Part shown: piece by piece, positions 61,257 through 64,000 of the stretch
Layout: the number at the start of each line of letters is the position of its first letter
How positions within the stretch are numbered: position 1 is the first letter of the stretch
Assembly: GCA_963810065.1 (NCBI GenBank)
Contig: CAWELX010000006.1
Coordinates: 270,185 to 334,184 of the forward strand
Length of the DNA: 64,000 nt
Direction of reading: 5' to 3'
Origin: an uncultured Chloroflexia bacterium
GTDB taxonomy: Bacteria > Chloroflexota > Limnocylindria > Limnocylindrales > CSP1-4
Program-made: the position numbers and the translations under genes
Notes under the pieces: model-generated
The model's database searches: none
Told to the model about the DNA's origin: nothing
The model's input: the letters and a program-made list of their open reading frames with translations, nothing else

Positions 61257-61616
61257 CCGACAGGATCGAGCTGCGCGCGATGCAGTTCAGCGGGCGCCAC
61301 GGAGTCCTCCCGTCCGAGGCGCGGGAGGCCCAGCCGTTCGAGGTCGACGTCGTGCTGGAGCTTGACCTCGGCCCGGCCGCCGCGACCGACGACCTCGCCC
61401 GCACCGTCGACTATGGCCAGGTCTTCGCCGTCGCCCGCGACGTCGTGGAAGGGCCGCATGTCGACCTCGTCGAGACGCTCGCCGAGCGGATCGCGGCGAT
61501 CGTCCTGGCGGAGCACCCCTCTGGTCGAGGCAACCGCCGTTCGGGTCCGCAAGCTCGAAGCGCCGCTTCCCGGCCAGCTCGCCTGGGCCGGGGTCGAGAT
61601 CCGCCGGACGCGCTGA
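61253..61616 (+). CDS. folB: Dihydroneopterin aldolase, interrupted by a single inserted T near 61520
   Basis: MTDRIELRAMQFSGRHGVLPSEAREAQPFEVDVVLELDL… runs to …AEHP. It then continues in the +1 frame as LVEATAVRVRKLEAPLPGQLAWAGVEIRRTR*. The ATG overlaps the folP stop. Confidence 0.7.
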
Positions 61617-61663
61617 CGGCGCGACCGCGGGCCGCCGAGGACCCGGCCGCGGCTGGTCCGCCC

Positions 61664-63169
61664 CTACTGGTCGGCGGGCCGCGTCCCCAGGGTCAGGGTG
61701 AGCGTCTGCTTCTGGCCGTCGCGGAGGACCTCGAGGGCGATCGTCCGGCCGGGAGCGAACTGGGTCAGGATGTCGTCCAGGGGATGGTCGGCGTCGATCG
61801 CCGTGCCCTCGACCGCGATGATGATGTCGCCGTCCTTGAGCCCGGCCGCCGCAGCCGGGCTGTTGGGCTTGATCGGGTCGCTGGGCTGGCCGGTGGCCTC
61901 GTCCTGCGCCGTCAGCCAGGCGCCGTGCTCGACCGGCAGCTTGAACTCGGCCGCCAGCGCCGGCGTGAGGGCCCGATAGAAGACGCCGATCCACGGGCGG
62001 GCCAGCTCCTGCCCGGCGAGGGCCTGCTGCATGATCGGGCGCGCGATGTTGATCGGGATCGCGAAGCCGATCCCCTCGGCGGTCTGGGCCACGGCGGTGT
62101 TGATGCCGATCACGTTGCCGGCGGAGTCCAGGAGCGCACCCCCGGAGTTGCCGGGGTTGATCGCAGCGTCGGTCTGGATCAGGTTGCGGATGATCGTCGC
62201 GTCCTGGACCGTGATCGTGCGCCCGAACGCCGACACGATCCCCGCGGTGACCGAGTTGGTGTACGTCCCGAGCGGGCTCCCGATGGCGATCGCCAGCTGC
62301 CCCACCTTGGCTGCCGACGAGTCGCCGATCGGCGCGATCGGCAGGCCGGTCGCCTCGACCTTGACGATGGCCAGGTCGGTGAGCGTGTCGATGCCGTACA
62401 CCTTGCCGGCGAAGGTTCGGCCGTCCTCCAGCGTGACGGTGAGCGACGTGGCGTCGGCGACCACGTGCTTGTTGGTGATGATCCAGCCGTTCGCGTCGAA
62501 GATGACGCCCGATCCGACCCCCGACTGGGGAACGCCGCCGAACGGATCGTTGGGGTCGCCGGCCGCCCCGCTCACGGAGATCGTCACGATGGCCGGCGAC
62601 ACCTTCTCCGCCGCGCGCGTGATCGCGGAAGTCTCGTCGATCGAGACGGGGAGCTGCTGGGTGGCCTGCTGGCCCTGGCCGACCGGGGCCACGACCGCGA
62701 CCGGGCGGTCGAGCGCGCCGGTGGCGGAGAGGACGGCGTACGTTCCGAGGGACCCGATGACGGCGGCCGCGAGAGATGCGGCCACCACGATGCCCAGCGC
62801 GCCTCCTCGACGCGGCGTCGTTGCGACGGGCCCCGTGGCGGGTGTCGGGTCGGGCTCGTACCAGCGCTGGGGGGTCGGAGGGGCCACGGCCTCGGCGTCG
62901 GTCTCCACGGCGGCCTCGGTCCAGGTGGGCCGGCGCTCCGCGGCCGGCGAATACACGACCGGCTGGGTTGGGCCATCGGACGACGAGGCGGTGGCCTGCG
63001 CCGCCGTCGGGATCGGATCCGGGACGGCCGCCGTCGGGATCGGATCCGGGGCGGCCGGCGTCGGGATCGGATCCGGGGCGGCCGGCGTCGGCTGCGTCGA
63101 GGCGGCGGGCTGCACCGGAGCCGGCTGCGGCTGGGTCACGTCGCGCGCCGGGTCGAGGGGTTCGGTCAT
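61664..63169 (-). CDS. HtrA/DegP-family trypsin-like serine protease with a PDZ domain and an N-terminal (PAAPDPIPT)x3 repeat
   Basis: …GSGVIFDANGWIITNKHVV…INPGNSGGALLD… catalytic triad context, plus a C-terminal PDZ. Confidence 0.8.
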   Translation of the reverse strand: MTEPLDPARDVTQPQPAPVQPAASTQPTPAAPDPIPTPAAPDPIPTAAVPDPIPTAAQATASSSDGPTQPVVYSPAAERRPTWTEAAVETDAEAVAPPTPQRWYEPDPTPATGPVATTPRRGGALGIVVAASLAAAVIGSLGTYAVLSATGALDRPVAVVAPVGQGQQATQQLPVSIDETSAITRAAEKVSPAIVTISVSGAAGDPNDPFGGVPQSGVGSGVIFDANGWIITNKHVVADATSLTVTLEDGRTFAGKVYGIDTLTDLAIVKVEATGLPIAPIGDSSAAKVGQLAIAIGSPLGTYTNSVTAGIVSAFGRTITVQDATIIRNLIQTDAAINPGNSGGALLDSAGNVIGINTAVAQTAEGIGFAIPINIARPIMQQALAGQELARPWIGVFYRALTPALAAEFKLPVEHGAWLTAQDEATGQPSDPIKPNSPAAAAGLKDGDIIIAVEGTAIDADHPLDDILTQFAPGRTIALEVLRDGQKQTLTLTLGTRPADQ

Positions 63170-63287
63170 GGGTCCTGCTGCTCCGGGAGGGCTGGGTCTG
63201 CGCGCCGGCCTGGAGTGCCGACGGGGTCGTCGCCCAAGGGTGGCGGACCGGGGTTGCGGCGCAGGCGCGGGGGTGGTGAAGAAATCG

Positions 63288-64000
63288 TCACATCGCCCCG
63301 CCGGCCGGCGGCTCGTCCGGGATGGCGTCGTGGGGTGGCGCGGCCGCATCCTCGCCTTGCTTCGGGTCCCGCGGCAGGACCACGGCGAAGGTCGTGCCGG
63401 CGCCGACTCGACTCTCCACGGAGATGCGGCCCCCGTGCATGTCCACGATCGACTTCACGATCGCCAGGCCCAGCCCGCTTCCCGAGCCGCGCGCCTCGTT
63501 GGCACGCGATCCGCGGTAGAACCGCTCGAAGATGTGGGGGATCTCGCTGGCGTCGATCCCGACGCCCGTGTCGCACACCTCCAGGCGGGCGCCATCGCGA
63601 TGGGGCTCCAGCGTGACCACCACCGAGCCGCCGCGCGGTGTGAACTTGGTCGCGTTGCCGAGGAGGTTGGCCACCACCTGCCCGATCCGCTGCGGGTCGT
63701 GGCGCACGCGCACCGGCGACGGGGGCAGGCGCAGCTCCATGGAGACGCCCCGGCGTCGACCGGCGGGCTCGGCCTGCTCGAAGGCGGTCTCCACGGTCGA
63801 ACGGAGGTCGTCGGGTCGCAGGTCGAGGCGCAGCAGCCCCGACTCCAGCTTGGAGAGCTCCAGGAGGTTGTGGGCCAGCCAGTCCAGGCGGTCGAGCTGC
63901 TGGCGGCTCGTCGCCAGGAACTCCGCGCGTGTCGCCGGGTCGGCTCCGGCCGGGCCCTGGAGCAGCTCCGTGTTCATGCTCAGCGCGGCCAGCGGGGTCC
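63288..64000 (-). CDS. Sensor histidine kinase, C-terminal part (HisKA and HATPase_c). The 5' end lies beyond the window.
   Basis: …ELSKLESG… and …GSGLGLAIVKSIVDMHGGRISVES… (G2 box). Confidence 0.7.
   Translation of the reverse strand, partial: TPLAALSMNTELLQGPAGADPATRAEFLATSRQQLDRLDWLAHNLLELSKLESGLLRLDLRPDDLRSTVETAFEQAEPAGRRRGVSMELRLPPSPVRVRHDPQRIGQVVANLLGNATKFTPRGGSVVVTLEPHRDGARLEVCDTGVGIDASEIPHIFERFYRGSRANEARGSGSGLGLAIVKSIVDMHGGRISVESRVGAGTTFAVVLPRDPKQGEDAAAPPHDAIPDEPPAGGAM

Overview
Very high-GC (roughly 70%+) chromosomal segment that looks actinobacterial. Supporting signs are Mycobacterium-type SOS boxes, a PknB-like PASTA kinase, a RES-Xre toxin-antitoxin pair, a deazaflavin-type nitroreductase and leaderless-style promoters. 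The window is gene-dense, and most of the long ORFs in the six-frame track are spurious opposite-strand or out-of-frame reads typical of GC-rich DNA.

What I can support, in order:

1. **Start of window.** A partial rplI 3' end, then a complex repeat region, then an integral-membrane glycosyltransferase-like gene and dinB. Two tandem LexA/SOS boxes sit just after dinB, in front of a small unannotated ORF.

2. **Histidine catabolism through the folate C1 pool.** The genes are dispersed but coherent. They comprise hutH, hutU, hutI, a glutamate formimidoyltransferase, a formimino/methenyl-THF cyclodeaminase, folD, fhs and a FocA-type formate channel. An MFS transporter, a hisD-like dehydrogenase and, elsewhere, a PHP histidinol-phosphatase-like gene sit alongside.

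3. **Amino-acid catabolic operon.** A translationally coupled tdh-kbl-PHP-MBL operon and a FAH-family gene.

4. **Sugar utilisation locus.** A LacI regulator with palindromic operators, a sugar-binding protein, two permeases and a GH13 alpha-amylase. The binding protein and both permeases carry about eight single-base frameshifts within 2 kb.

5. **Large surface protein.** A 1233-aa protein with an N-terminal vWA domain and five tandem 107-aa DUF11 repeats. Three of the 321-bp DNA repeat units are identical.

6. **Toxin-antitoxin module.** A RES toxin with an Xre/MbcA-like antitoxin that is frameshifted. A 46-bp unit repeated three times lies upstream.

7. **Mobile element.** A frameshifted IS481-family transposase sits directly against a 5' fragment of tRNA-Glu(TTC). 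The tRNA 3' acceptor/CCA end lies on the other side of the element.

8. **End of window.** galU, a pknB-like kinase, folC-folP-folB (folB is frameshifted), htrA and a partial histidine kinase.

Two things recur across the window. GC-rich degenerate tandem-repeat arrays appear at six or more intergenic loci and also inside coding sequences, including argS. Apparent +1 insertion frameshifts hit the essential genes argS and folB and several accessory genes. These are either extensive pseudogenisation or uncorrected indel errors in the assembly, and I cannot distinguish the two from sequence alone.
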